From contig NC_058368.1 in the NCBI RefSeq assembly GCF_018350175.1, forward strand, positions 160,334,001 to 160,398,000: DNA of 64,000 nucleotides, given 5' to 3'. Position 1 is the first letter of the stretch. The number at the start of each line of letters is the position of its first letter. Position numbers and translations under genes: made by a program. Below, in pieces: positions 14,040 through 27,249 of the stretch. Below the pieces are notes generated by a model. It ran no database searches. It saw only the letters and a list, made by a program, of their open reading frames with translations, and was not told where the DNA came from. The DNA is from Felis catus (Eukaryota).

Positions 14040-14458
14040 ATCTATCCAGAAACAATGTGACATTATTTGGAGGTATTGTTTACAGAAATAAATAAGGAAA
14101 GGATTGAAGTGCAATTCTTTGGATTAGGGTGGGTCCTACATCCAATGAGAGTTTCTTCTATGATACCAGCGTGGGGTGGGGAGAAGACACACTGAGACGT
14201 AGACAAAAAAGAGAATGTGAAATTGGAGGAAGACACTGGAATGATGCACTGACAAGCCAAGGAATGCCAGCCAGTCACCAAAAGCAAATAGAAAAGTGTG
14301 GAGCTGAATCTTCCTCAGGGCCTTTGAAAGGAACCATTCTCGCCAATACTTGAATTTCTGACTTGTGGCTCCAGAACTGAGAGAGAATACATACCTCTTG
14401 TTATAAGTCACCAAGTTTGTGGTAATTTGTTACAGTAGTCCTACACCACTGAATTTAT
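14040..14458 (+). mobile_element. MLT1 (MaLR) solo LTR
   Basis: gattagggtgggtcct, caagccaaggaatgcc, ctccagaactgagagag, tttgtggtaatttgttacag. Confidence 0.85.
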
Positions 14459-14637
14459 ACAAGCATTAAACAGCATATGACAGGATAGTTCCTGGCATGT
14501 AAAAATTCTCAGTAAATTTTATTACTATTATTATAATGGGCACCCTTTTATGAACTCTTTTAAAAACTCCTAATCCTCTTTGTAAGTTATTTACATAATA
14601 TTTAATAAATATTTTTAAAAATAAATAAATGACTTAC

Positions 14638-14824
14638 AAACATCTTTGGGGAACAGCTGAATGCTTCAAAGATTTCTGGAACAGGAAGGCATGATGGTCT
14701 TCTAGGAACACCCTATGGTCTATGGCAGCTCTATCTAGTAGCAGCTCATTTGGCACTGAGACCCTCTCCCAGAAGTCATTTCTGCTGCAGGGTGGGTCTG
14801 CGGCTGTTCTACACTTCCACATCC
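14638..14824 (-). pseudogene. Exon GMWKCRTAADPPCSRNDFWERVSVPNELLLDRAAIDHRVFLEDHHAFLFQKSLKHSAVPQRC
   Basis: tag| acceptor and strong |gtaagt donor; 187 bp, open, phase 1/2. Confidence 0.65.
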
Positions 14825-15043
14825 CTAATCCCCACCAAGAAAAGTAGGGGAGGAGGCAGCAAGGAAGAGTATTAAAGAGAAATGGAGAATGGAGAAGCAT
14901 ATCAAGAAAAGGGTTACTTTTTAAAACAGTTCATCATCTCATTAGGTTTTGGCCTTGAGGACAGTGTTATTCAGGAGTGTGTACATAAAATATTTCCAAG
15001 ATGGATTGACTACCTATCTTCCCAGAAACAACCTGATTACTAC

Positions 15044-15125
15044 CTTTTTGAGCATATTTAGAGATGAGATGAGCTGGGTTCTCATATGCAGTAAGAGCCA
15101 GAGTATCAAAGGCAGGACTGTCTTT
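15044..15125 (-). pseudogene. Exon KDSPAFDTLALTAYENPAHLISKYAQK
   Basis: aag| acceptor and AAG|gtagta donor; 82 bp, phase 0/1, bridges both neighbours in frame. Confidence 0.5.
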
Positions 15126-15759
15126 CTTTAGGATAGAGGCTGATGATTCCACAGTTCAATCATGTTAGCTCATAGAAATTCATAGGAGTTATTTTGCCAC
15201 AAGTCAAAAGCACCAGGTAATATATAGGTAATATATCAGAAGGTGTTGTGTGTGCATTTTATCCCATTTTTTTCTTTGGCTTTGCAGCCAATTGGGGAGC
15301 AGTATTTTGTGTCCATCACCTTTCTTTTCTAAGCTATTAGCAACAGTGAGAAAATGGGGGCTACATTTGGATTAGCATTTATATAAGATTTTGTATTTAC
15401 TAAGCACTTTAGTAAAGTTTATATTCTCCTTCTCTTAGCTTGGTGTGTTAGCTTGTATTACAGTATTTGTATTTTGCAGCTGGGACACTAAAACAGAGGA
15501 AGGTTAAATAAACAGCCTAAGGTCACACTGAAAATTAATGGCAGAGCTGAGATAAATTCTATTTTAGGTGCGGTTACTGAACACACTATCAACAAATTAA
15601 CTAGACGAAACCTGTCACCACTGAAAGGAAGGTGAGCTTATCAAATTCCTGAAAAATTGAGAAGATTATTTTTAAACAAGCAGTCCATGAGGCTAAGGTT
15701 AAAAAAACCATAGCCATGTTTTTCAACAGATCAAGTACAGTCCGAGCAAGCAGTTAGAG

Positions 15760-16980
15760 TATTAGATCTTCCTTCTGAGCTTTAGACTCAGATTCCTGCT
15801 GCCTACTAGACATTACCAGTGGGGTATCTGATAGAATTCCTGAAATGAACTTAACTAAAAGTGTAACTTTTCCCTTAAACTTGACCTCTCCCCTACATTC
15901 TCTATACACATAAAATGCTACTAAATACTACTAAAATACATCCTAAACTAGAAGCCTGGAGTCATCCTTCTACTTCATTGTCTCTCAGTCCTAAAATCTG
16001 CTTGGTGATCAGGAGCTGACAATTGTACCTCATCACTGTCTCCTGTCTTCTTCATTTTTTTTTTTTAATTTTTTTTTTCAACGTTTTTTTTTTAATTTAT
16101 TTTTGGGACAGAGAGAGACAGAGCATGAATGGGGGAGGGGCAGAGAGAGAGGGAGACACAGAATCGGAAACAGGCTCCAGGCTCTGAGCCATCAGCCCAG
16201 AGCCCGACGCGGGGCTCGAACTCACGGACCGCGAGATCGTGACCTGGCTGAAGTTGGACGCTTCACAGACTGCGCCACCCAGGCGCCCCCTGTCTTCTTC
16301 ATTTTAACTCTACTGGTAGTGGCTTAATTTTGTCGGTTTTCATTTGCTCCTGGACCACTGACCTTATTTCCTAATGTGCTCCTCTCCCTTCAAGAATCCA
16401 TACAGGTCAATTCTTCACATTGCCACAAAATGATCATCTAAAACACAAATCTTACTGTGTTACTCCTTTGCTTGCTACATTTCAAAGACCACCGATGGGA
16501 GGCCCAATTACTACACGTGGTGTAAACAACCTTTCATGGCCTAGTCCATACTTATTTTTTGAAATCACCCCTAGCCCATATACAAAAGCTTCCAAACTAC
16601 TGCAGTTCCCTAATGCAGATTTCATAAATTCTCTCATGTCTTTGATCTTGCCACTTCTTTCATTTTATCTACCAACTCATATTTTTCAGACTCCACACAA
16701 AAGTCATTTCCTTGCTAAAGTCTGACCTCACAGTAAGAATTGATGTTTAGTCCCTCTTCTCCCAGAGTCTTCCCTGCGAGCAATTCTATCTCAGCCCTGT
16801 AACATTTTACACACACACATAGGCAAGCATGCACACTACCCTTCTCCTGGTGGTAGACTCCAGGCTCTGCAAAGACAGAAGCTATGCATTATTATTCTTT
16901 TTCTAGAACCCAGTATAGAAATTGGTTTCAGGTTTATTCAATAAATTCCTATCTGAATAAAAGCATAAATATCCAACAAA
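15760..16980. mobile_element. LINE-2 relic interrupted by a young SINE
   Basis: cctactagacatt, gcctggagtcatcctt and 3' attcaataaat motifs. Confidence 0.65.
16055..16290 (-). mobile_element. Young feline CAN-SINE
   Basis: CpGs intact; perfect TSD cctgtcttcttcatttt. Confidence 0.97.
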
Positions 16981-19559
16981 GAAAAATTCCACAAATCTAC
17001 ACTGGAAGTTCTTCTAGAAATTAATCTTGAAGGGAATCTGAAAATGTAACTAAGTCTAGAAATAAAAATACATGTGGAACATGGCAGCTTAGCTCTATTA
17101 AGAGCTAAATAAGCAAAGACAAGTTTTACACACGTGGTGAACTTTAGTTAACTCATGCGTAAATTAGGAATAGTAATGACTACCTTGTAGGATTGCTGTG
17201 AGGTAACATTTCGATAATACGTATAAAACACTAGCACAAAATAGGTAGCTAGAAGTGAATAAGTTTTAGATTTTTCCTTTGGGAGGGAGGACATAAACAT
17301 AACTGCTCCTTCTGAAACTGTCCAATCTCAAAGAGCTAAGTGGTGCTCTTGACTGCTTTCACTACTATGACTAGGATGTGTGATAACATAATAATGGTCT
17401 GCTTTGTTTGGGCCTTCAGCACCCAACAACAATGAAAACCACAGAGCTTTATAGATGATTACACATTTAGGAATGACCAAGAACTTGTGGTATTAAATAC
17501 TTACACTATTTTACTAATGAGATCGTTTGTGGTTTGCAGTGTTAATTTGTTTTGCAAATACTTATCATTTGCAGTAGGTAGTCTTTGTCTCATGTTATCA
17601 CAACTCCAAAATTAGTGGGATCTTGGTGACGGAACTTTCTTTTCATTTAAATAAAAATAATATTTTAATTGGTGGGAAATGGTTTAAAAAGTCTCTGGCC
17701 GTGGTCACAAATAGGTACTGGATATTAAGCTCTAGAAATAAAATAAGGAAATATTTAAGAAGTTAAAATTGTAAGCTTTCAATAAAGAATGAATATTGTT
17801 TTTCAATATAGCAAATAAGTTATGATGTTTTAACTCCTTGGGAATGTTGTAACTATGATGAGAGAAGATTTTCATAACATCTCCCAAATTATTTAATTTT
17901 CACTATAAAAATAACATTGGGAATTACTGAAATAAACTTTTGTATAAATCATTATTGTAAAGGCATTTGTACCATGGCAAATGCTTCAGGAAAAAAAAAA
18001 GACCAAACAATAAAGAAAACTCAAGCAATTCCTCACAAATTGCTATTTATACTTCATATAAATAACATATCACTAACATACCACTTCTCTACTTACTTAG
18101 CTTTTATGCTAAATTTTTACTTCATATATGTGTTAAGTAAAGTGAATGATTATGAACATAAGAAGCCTAAGTTTTATAAGCTGATATAACTGAGGCATAG
18201 ATATACATCATTAGTAATGTCAAATTCTGAGGAAATCTTTAGCCTCAATCAAATTTGTGTCTCTTCTATCTAAATAAAAACAAACAACAAACAATTTTTT
18301 CAAAGCACAAATCTGGATATTTGTCATAAAATAGAAAATGATGAAAATAATATTTAGTTTTTCTATTTAGAAACTTTCATATTAGAAAATCTGATAGAAA
18401 ATTACATACTTGATTTTTGATGTGTTTTTGAGAACAGAGAACATACTGTTTGGGAGACAGCCTTTTATTTACATAAGAGATTTTGCAGTTATGAATTGCT
18501 ACTGGTTTGGGGGGATTTTCTCATGTTAAGTAAATTGATACAAACAAACAAGGATCATGCAGAACACTGAATATTTACATAAACGATATATATTATTTCT
18601 ATTGTATAAAAGCTAAAAAGTCTTGGACTATTCTGAACTTATTTTGTTAGGAGTCCTAGGCTTATGCAGTTTGAGATATAGGAGTAAATACCAACCCTTA
18701 TTCCATATCAAAAAAGTTATAAAGGAGAGAAAGAATTTCAGAAGACAAATTAATGAAACAAAATATTGCTAAAACTAAGTAGGAAAAAGAGAAGGGGTTC
18801 TTGGCCTATGTCAGACCTGAAAGGTAATACTCATTCGTCCACTTACTGTACACATATTTATTTAACATCTATGTATTGGGAATCCTTCAAGGTACTTGAA
18901 AAAAAAAAGCAGTAAACAAGAGCAAATCACATATCCTGAAAGATCAAACATTTAAAATATGAAGATCACTGGTGAATCAATTCCAACTATCCAAGAGTCA
19001 GGAAAACAAAGCATACAAATGATACGTAAAAATCTACATTTAAGACCACAGAATTCATAGAAAAAGATCTGAGTACTTATTAAAGTTTATATTTACTTAA
19101 ACCAGAGATAAATACCACTTTTATTGGCTTAGAACAAAGCATAATTTATTAAATGCAAGTAAATTCTTCCCAGAAGTTATTTGTGGATTTATGGTCAGTT
19201 TGAAGTGGTATAAATAGAGTCCTGGCATTGATCTTTAGGGGCATTGATCTGTGTTAGGTAAAAGCTCTTGTGGGAAAACTGGGAAGAATTCACCTTTTAG
19301 TTGTGCAAAACTGTGGTTGTATGAAGAGAGCTGCTTAAAACCTAGCACCATGCTTTTCCATAATCTCCACTGGGAGAGTCTGTTCATTTTGTCCACAGTA
19401 GACATCTTATCGTGACAGTTTTTCTGATATTTTTAGACTTTAACCATGACCTGTGACTTGTAAATAACTAGTTGTAAAAGTGAAAGTCTATGTCTTCTTC
19501 AAAAACTGTTTAAGTCCTATTTTCTCCCTCCTTTTTCTAAAATTTTATTTAACTCTTAT

Positions 19560-19770
19560 AATGTGCCAGGAACCTATGATCGGTGTTTTCACAAGTATGT
19601 CATTTAATCTGCCCAGTAACACTATGAGCCATGTGTCATATAGTTAACTTACAGATGAAAAGAGTGAATGTTTAAGTAATTTGTATGAGTTAATGAAGGG
19701 AGTAAGAGTAGAACTGATAATTTATTTGTAAGCCACAGATGCTAATATCCACGCATACTCCTGGAGACTT
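19560..19770. mobile_element. MIR fragment
   Basis: atgtgccagg...ttacagatgaa core. Confidence 0.55.
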
Positions 19771-20384
19771 TGCTAACACATTCTCTAACATTTATTAACA
19801 CTTTTATTAGCAACTCCAATATTGTTCAAGTGAATGTCTTATATAATATAAAATTTAATTTTATTTTTTGTATATCTCATTTTTTTTCCTGTCAGACTGG
19901 GGGCTCCTTAAAGATAGGGATCATGTTATATATTAATGTGTTTAAAGGCTCAATCTGTGTCCATAGATGACAATAGGATATGTTGCTTGATTGAGTAAAT
20001 ACCACTTTGTAAGCTAGTTGTTTCCTATATTATCACAAACCTAACAAACAAATTTCTTTTCATAATGGTTCTGAAAGAGAGGTCTTTGATTATTTAACTT
20101 CCCAAATTCCTTTTCTGGCAATAGGACAGTAGAAAACCTCCATCTGAAGCTACTATCAGCTTATTGGCTCACTTGAGCTGGGAAGGAGAAACAAATAAGT
20201 GGACAACATTCACATATGTATAGACAAAGAGATATATAGTAAAGATTCTTAGGGCTCATCTAGTTATGCAAATAAAAGGTAAAGCATAACTAAATATTAG
20301 TGTCCCTTACCCAACTATCAATACATAGATCACCCTAGGTCACTTTTTTTTTTCTGGTAGGATTGATTCAATGTTTTTGTTTAT

Positions 20385-21069
20385 ATATTTTTATTCATTT
20401 ATTTTTGAGATATAGTTAATATATAACACTGTAAATTTAAGGTGTACATGTTGGTTTCATACATATGTATTGCAATGTGATTGTCACCATAGGTTAGGTA
20501 ACGCCTCTGTCATGTCACATAAGCATATATCTGATAAGGGGTTAATACCTAACTTACAGAAAGAACTCATACAATAAATAATAAGACTAAAAAATGGGCA
20601 GAGGAACTAAGTGGACATTTTTCCAAAAACAACATAAAAATGGCCAAAAGGGACCTGAAAAGGTGCTCAGTATCACTAATCATCAGGGAAATGCAAATCA
20701 AAACCACAAGGAAATCTCACCTGGCATCTGTTAGCACAGATAAGATAAGAGGAAATGAGAGTCAGCAAGGATGTGGGGAAAAGGAAACTTTTGTGCACTG
20801 TTGCTAGAAATGTAAATTGGTATAGCAGTACAGCAACTGTGGAAAGCGGTATGGACTTTGCTAAAAAAAAAAAAAAAAGGAAAAAAAAACAAAAACAGAA
20901 CCACCATATTATCTGGTAAACCCACTTTTGGGTATATATGCAAAGGAAATGAAAACAGAATATTGAAAAGATACTAGCACTCATGTTTATTGCAGTATTA
21001 GTCATAATAGCCAAGACAGTTTGTTTCTCTAAGAGTCTGTCAAGGGATGAACGGATAAAAGAAGATGTG

Positions 21070-21144
<75 letters not shown>

Positions 21145-21510
21145 AATATTACTCAGCCATGAGAAAGAAGGAAACCTTGCCTTTTGCATCAACATATATG
21201 GATCTTGAGAGAATTATGTTAAGTGAGATAAATGAGAGAAAATGTTGTATGATGTCTTTTATGTGTGGAATCTAAAAAAGCTGAACTCTGAGAAAGAGAG
21301 GAGAGTGGTGGCTAAGGAGCTGGATGGTGGGGGGAATGGGGAGATGTTGGTTAAAGGGTATAAACTTGCAGAGAGAGAGGATGAGTAAGTTCTTGGGATC
21401 TAATGCCCAGCATTGTGTTTACAGCCAACATCACCGTTTTATGTACTTCAAAGTTGGTAAAGGGCTAGATCTTAAATGTTTCACCAAAAAAAAAAAATGA
21501 TAATTATGTG
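20385..21510 (-). mobile_element. 5'-truncated older L1 with inverted 5' segment (twin-priming structure)
   Basis: 20385-20520 is the L1 3' end on minus; 20521-21510 is the ORF2 end/3'UTR on plus, stopping at ttatgtg where the minus piece begins. Confidence 0.8.
21069..21138. repeat. (CATATA)n-(TA)n compound microsatellite
   Basis: Direct reading. Confidence 0.95.
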
Positions 21511-21534
21511 CTTAAACTCACTACTTAAAAAAAA

Positions 21535-21738
21535 TATTTCTTTATTTTGAGAAAGCGAGAGCACCTGTGCACAAACAGGGGAAGAACAGAGAGAGAGAGG
21601 GAGAGAGAATTCCAAGCAGTCTCTGAGTGCTGTCAGTGCAGAGCCTGAAATGGGACTCGATGTCACTAACCATGAGATCATGACCTGAACCAAAATCAAG
21701 AGTCAGATGCTTAACCAACTGAACCACCCAAGCACCCC
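21535..21738 (-). mobile_element. CAN-SINE
   Basis: tRNA-derived head, (GA)n, T tail. Confidence 0.9.
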
Positions 21739-22315
21739 GAAAATCACTATTTTTTTTTTAACTCACAGTGCTGCATGTTGCATGTGGAAGTTGAATTGTG
21801 CACGTATTTATCTTCCAGGACTTTTTTGGTTCACTTATAAGTATCGCTTTTGGTTACTATTTTAAGAGGAAAAGCTTAGTTTTAGATATAGGTTGAGTAT
21901 TATGTATACTTAAAGTGCATCATAACCATTAGTCATCCCTATGAAGCTTTACATACTTGATGTAAACTCACTAGTTATAGCCTTAGAGATTATACTTCAA
22001 AAAGAAATATTTATCTGTAGATGGTTATTTCCCTATGAATTAGATGTACAAAAACTTGGTGTGTACTTAGAGGTCAGACGTTAATTACTTTGCTGCACAA
22101 AACATCATATCTTCCTAAACTTGTCTGCCACTGTCTTTTTCTCTCTGGGTTTCATTTTGCTATTCTTGAGCAAGTCTAATAAAGAACAAAAATAACAAGT
22201 ATTTCTGCACAAGAAAGAAATGGAAGCTGAATAAATGAAATACCTGACTTTCAGGTAGATTTGGGGAAAAAAGAAGTCTGGGATAGATAACACAAAATTT
22301 ACATTGCTGCTTTAC

Positions 22316-22572
22316 CTTAAGATCAGAAGATGTTGATGTCTTTGCCATGAATCCCTCCTGAGTAATAGCTGGCTTGAAGTGAAAATAATCTATTCCCTTA
22401 AGGTAGGGCCTGTGCTTTACATTTTGCCACAGGTCCTTACAATAATCTTCCTCTGAATTGTGGTGGAAATTAGCAGCATAAGTGCTTAGTTTTTTCTCAT
22501 AAGGTGGAGTCATTTTTTATACTAACGTATAAGTTTTCTTGTGACAGCAAAATCTGCCTCAGGTTTATATCT
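22316..22572 (-). pseudogene. Exon ...MTPPYEKKLSTYAANFHHNSEEDYCKDLWQNVKHRPYLKGIDYFHFKPAITQEGFMAKTSTSSDLK with disrupted 5' part
   Basis: Acceptor tttccctaactttaacag| and donor AAG|gtaaag; 66 open codons from 22513; stop/frameshift near the A6 run at about 22513-22525. Confidence 0.6.
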
Positions 22573-23842
22573 CTGTTAAAGTTAGGGAAATACACTGAGA
22601 AGGCAGTATATTCCAAAAACAATGGGGAATTACATATTCATTTCCCTACACATGACTCAGTTTGACTGCCTGAATTACTTAGCAGGTCACTATTAGCTTT
22701 TGGCCACCCAGCTTTGATCCTGAAATTGCCTTTAGTTCTTTTTAATCCCAAGATCCACTAGTTTCCACATTCTGCAGGTACTTTTCCTGTTACTTGCATT
22801 TGTCTCTTTTCTAATTTCACCGTCAGCACGTTATTTTTTTGAAACATACCTGAACTGGTTGACTCCTCTCTCTTCGTCTGGTCTTTTCCCACCTAATTCA
22901 TCCTACATAGTTACGTCAGATTAACCTTAAAGATTGCCACTTTGATCCAGTGACTCCCTCATACCGTACTGTATTTGAAACCGTTTACATTTTAGCTCTC
23001 ATCTGCCTGTTCAGCCTAATACTAACTAGGTGATCACACTACTTTGTGTCGCTATATGGTTCATTTTCTTGGCTTTGCCATCTCAGTGTTCTTCATATAC
23101 CCATTACCTTACCTGCAGCCTTCTTCCCCTTGTATTCTGACCCTATATTCTGAACTATTCTCTCAGAGTCAAATAAAATAACACTTCTGTAAAACCATCT
23201 TTAAGTAGTCCAATTATTAATGTTCTTTTTAACTTTTTTTGTCTTAAATTAATTTTTCTCTAAAAGTTAATTGCTTGTGGATCATTTAATTTATGTCATT
23301 ATTGGTTAACTTTTCTGAGTCCTGTCTTCACAAAAGTTACCATAAATAGATTGAACCTGCAAATCATGTCAAATATTTCTTATTTTTCTTGGTACTACCA
23401 AAGAAGAGTTGAAGGTCTGGATGACTTGTAGGTGTTCATTACTTGTGTGAGATAATTGATTGAGATATAGATATTATGTGAAAATTTCAGAAAACTTGCT
23501 CATGGTAATTTAAACCTCCTGTAACTTGTCAGTATAATAGGTTGTTTTGTTTGTTTGTTTGTTTGTTTTGTTTGGTTCTTAAAAGAACTACAGACATGAA
23601 TAGCTGAATGATCAATGGTTAAGGTAGCCAAAGGTCACTCTGCCCCTTGTATTATAGTTGCCTATTTGCACTGAGGGGGCATTGATTACATATGCAAATT
23701 CCATGCCCTTTTGTGGAGATCCTGGTTCTGTCTTTTGGAATATATTCTTCATCTATTATGGGAGTCACCTATACTTTTAAGATTTAAAGAATTAAGTTGG
23801 GTAAAGGACCTACTTAAGGTCTAAGATCTAGGGTGGACATTT

Positions 23843-24050
23843 ATGTTATTTTACTTTTTAAAATTTATTTTAATGTTTGTTTATTTTTGAGAGAGACAGA
23901 CTCTAAGTGGGGGAGGGGCAGAGAGGGAGACAGAGAATCCAAGCCGGCTCCAGGCTCTGAGCTGTCAACACAGAGCCCGAAATGGGGCTCAAACCCACAA
24001 ACCACAAGATCATGACCTGAGCCTAAGCTGGACTCTTAACCAACTGAGCT
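23843..24050 (-). mobile_element. CAN-SINE, slightly 5'-truncated
   Basis: TSD tagggtgg..attt. Confidence 0.9.
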
Positions 24051-24052
24051 AT

Positions 24053-24414
24053 AGGGTGGCTATTTAAATTATTGTGTAGGGGCGCCTGCGTGGCGCAGTG
24101 GGTTAAGCGTCCGACTTCAGCCAGGTCACCATCTCCCGGTCCGTGAGTTCGAGCCCCACATCAGGCCCTGGGCTGATGGCTCGGAGCCTGGAGCCTGTTG
24201 CCGATTCTGTGTCTCCCTCTCTCTCTGCCCCTCCCCTGTTCATGCTCTGTCTCTCTCTGTCCCCCCAAAAATAAATAAACGTTGAAAAAAAAATTTAAAT
24301 TATTGTGTAAATTGCGACCCTTTGGGAACAAAAGGTGACACTAACTAGATGGAATATTGGGATAACGGGTATAAACTGAGCTTTTCCTAGATAAACATAG
24401 ATACATAGTCACTG
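24053..24414. mobile_element. MER94-like hAT MITE interrupted by a SINE
   Basis: tagggtggctat ... atagtcactgt degenerate inverted ends; body resembles MER94. Confidence 0.6.
24079..24292 (+). mobile_element. Young feline CAN-SINE
   Basis: Perfect 17-bp TSD atttaaattattgtgta (24062-24078, 24293-24309). Confidence 0.97.
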
Positions 24415-24511
24415 TCAAAGCTTGGCAAAATGAAGAGGATTTCATGTTTAGCTCTAACTCACTATTATGTTCTAGGTAAAATTAAAGGACTGCCTTCTTT
24501 CTCTGTATACC

Positions 24512-24950
24512 TGTAGTGAGCTGCTTCTAAAATGACCCTCAGTGGTTTCTGCCCTGGTATGCATGACTTTCTGAAATCCTCTTCCTTTTGTTGAGGGCTG
24601 AACCTAGGGATATGCCTCGAAAAATGGGTTATGGCAGAAGTGACGGCATGTCACTTACAAGATAAGTTACAAAAGACTGTGACACAAGAGTAAAAGATGC
24701 TGGGTGTTGTTTCTGAAGATTATTTCATCATGTCGATTACATTTTTTCTTTCCTAATGTATTAGGAGGGTTTTAAAAATAAAGAGTAGATGTTTATTGTC
24801 CTCTTAAAATATGATATCTGTTTTGTCTTTGCCTGCATGCTGGTTCTCTATTATCGGAATCCTGATGAAGACCATGTAGCATGAAATCAAGAGAGACCTC
24901 TAGCCAACAGTCACCCAGTACCTGAGTTTGAATCTATAATCTTGCCAAAA
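24512..24950 (+). mobile_element. MLT1-type LTR fragments
   Basis: tgtagtgagctgcttctaaaatgacc start; gaagtgacggcatgtcactt; cctctagccaacag. Confidence 0.65.
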
Positions 24951-25296
24951 AGAAGTCCTTTGAATTTTAATAATCTGTCTGTAAATTCCCCTAAGTGTTC
25001 CATCAAGACTTACTATTAAGCATATCTACAAAAAAGTAATTTTCCCCCCAATTGTCACATGTTGAATTATTTGTTTTATATTTGATAGGACATATACAAT
25101 GTCGAAAGAAATAATAATACTTAGCATCTTGTCTTATCCATGACTTAAAAGAAAATGCTACCAATGTCTTATGTTTAAGGGTGAATTTCTGAAAATTATA
25201 TTGGAAGTAAAATTTTAATACATCGATGAAGTAGGCTTCTATTTGCTGTGCTCTATGAATCACTTTTATAATATTGAAGTTTACCAGAAGCATTTA

Positions 25297-25494
25297 GGGG
25301 GGCTCAGTTGGTTAAGCATCTGACTCTTGATTTTGGCTCCGGTCGTGGTCTCATGGTTCATGGGTGCAACCACTGTGTAGGGCTGAGAGTGTAGAGCCTG
25401 CTTGGAATTCTCTCTCTCTCCCTCTCTTTCTGCCCCTTCCCTGATCATGCTTGAGTTCTCTCTCTCTCAAAATAAAAAAATAAACTTAAAAAAA
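25297..25494 (+). mobile_element. CAN-SINE
   Basis: Flanking duplication aatattgaagtt(t/g)accaga. Confidence 0.9.
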
Positions 25495-26886
25495 ATATTG
25501 AAGTTGACCAGATGTCTATTCTGAAACTATGGTAACTATTTATTTTAATGCTAAACTGTATTTATTAAGTTTAAAAATGTGAAATATTTGCATATTTTCT
25601 CTTATTTTAAATCATATGATAATTCGGAGGATATATTAAATTGAACACACAGATCAATCAATGATTATCCTCAAAATAAAAAGAAATATGTAACATTCTA
25701 TTTGTGTAAAGCACTGGGTTATAGAAACTCACCCCTCAAGATGCTTGAGTCATCAGCAATTTGCTTCCCTACCAATATGTTTGAGGTTCCAAATATTCTC
25801 AAAACTGAGGTAATCAGTATTATACTCACTGGGGATTTTATAGAAAAGCATTTGCTTCTTAGCCCTGCAATGCAACAAATAAATGTCTTTCTTTTTAGGA
25901 TATAAAAAAAATTTTCCTGCAGATGAAAGTTGACCTAGACCTAGTCATGTTTTCATTTGTTCAAACTGACTTGGTTTAAATATGGGAGATTAATGCAGCT
26001 AAAAAAGGATTAATGCAGTTAATCCACTTATTAAAAGACACTTCTTCAAGTTTATACAGTAGCTTAGTTTCAACTTCTTAATTTCATTAGCAGAAAACAA
26101 AGCTATTTTCTTCTGCCATTAGTGCTTATTACTTATTGACCCAACATTGCTCTAAGTAGATGGCTTAAGACCTTCCTGGGGGATAGTACTCTGTCACATC
26201 TGCTGGGCCATGCACTATCTAGTCATTTTTTAGAACTGGTGTCTTCCAAAGCAGTTTGTGTACCTGTGATTTTCTCCTGATAAAAGAGTGGTTATATCTA
26301 GGTGGGTATGGCAATAACCATACAGTTTCTTACTCTCTGATTATAGTTGATAATAGTATGTTATATACTTCAAATTCACTAAGAAAATAAATCTTACAGA
26401 TTCTTACCATAAAAGAGTAACAATACATTATTTACATGGGGGTATATAAAGTCATGGGGTTTCATGTACAAATGCTGTAACTATGATTTTCTATCTCAAC
26501 TTAATCTCTATTGCAAGTCCGAATTCTGCCTGATTGTGAAAATTTAATGTCAATCAGTTGTGGGTTCTCCAACTTAGATCCACGTTAAATTCAGCTAACA
26601 GAGTGTCCCCTTCTCCTGCCATCTCTTAGGGACTGGCCTAAGAACCCAAAGGGCTACAGGCAATCGTACCGTTGGGTTTAGGGAGGCAGCTTATCTTTGG
26701 TTGAGACCTCTCTGGTTGCTTCTGCTGAAGTTACTATATTCTTGTCTCAGGACACAGCTTATGCTGAGTGCTATGTTTTAGTGTGGTTATGATACTCTTC
26801 CAAGCCCTCTGCTTTTCAGTGTTAGGCATGATTCTTGGCAACATAAGAAGGTACGTGGCTGCTTCTCAAGCTGAGTGTGTACCTAC

Positions 26887-26968
26887 CTGGGTGAGCTGAC
26901 GGAGCCCGACGCACTCCCACCTGCTTTCACATCTTATCCACCCACCCTTTGCTCGATTGCTTGCCTTG
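26887..26968 (-). pseudogene. Exon (S)KASNRAKGGWIRCESRWECVGLRQLTQ
   Basis: ccttgtcttctacag| acceptor and CAG|gtaggt donor; 82 bp, open, phase 2/0. Confidence 0.6.
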
Positions 26969-27249
26969 CTGTAGAAGACAAGGAATTCTCCGCAGGACAG
27001 CTAAGAGGCAGGCACATAAGTAAAGATTATGTATAGTTGTGGGTGTTCATATTTACTTGGATTTCATTTCACATCAAGAATTGAACAGTTTTGTTCTTGG
27101 TTCTCTTAGTATTTGTCATAATGATGATCTTATCCCAAATGGGCAAAAAAAAAAAATAGAGTAGAATTATAGGATAAAGGATAATATGACAAAAGGATGA
27201 AGGACACATTGACTAATAATTTATAATATCTGGCTACACTGAGGTTTTT

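Noticed and set aside
26670..26808. Possible extra minus-strand exon RAWKSIITTLKHSTQHKLCPETRI*
   Set aside because: Purine-rich acceptor and early stops; too weak to list, though not excluded.
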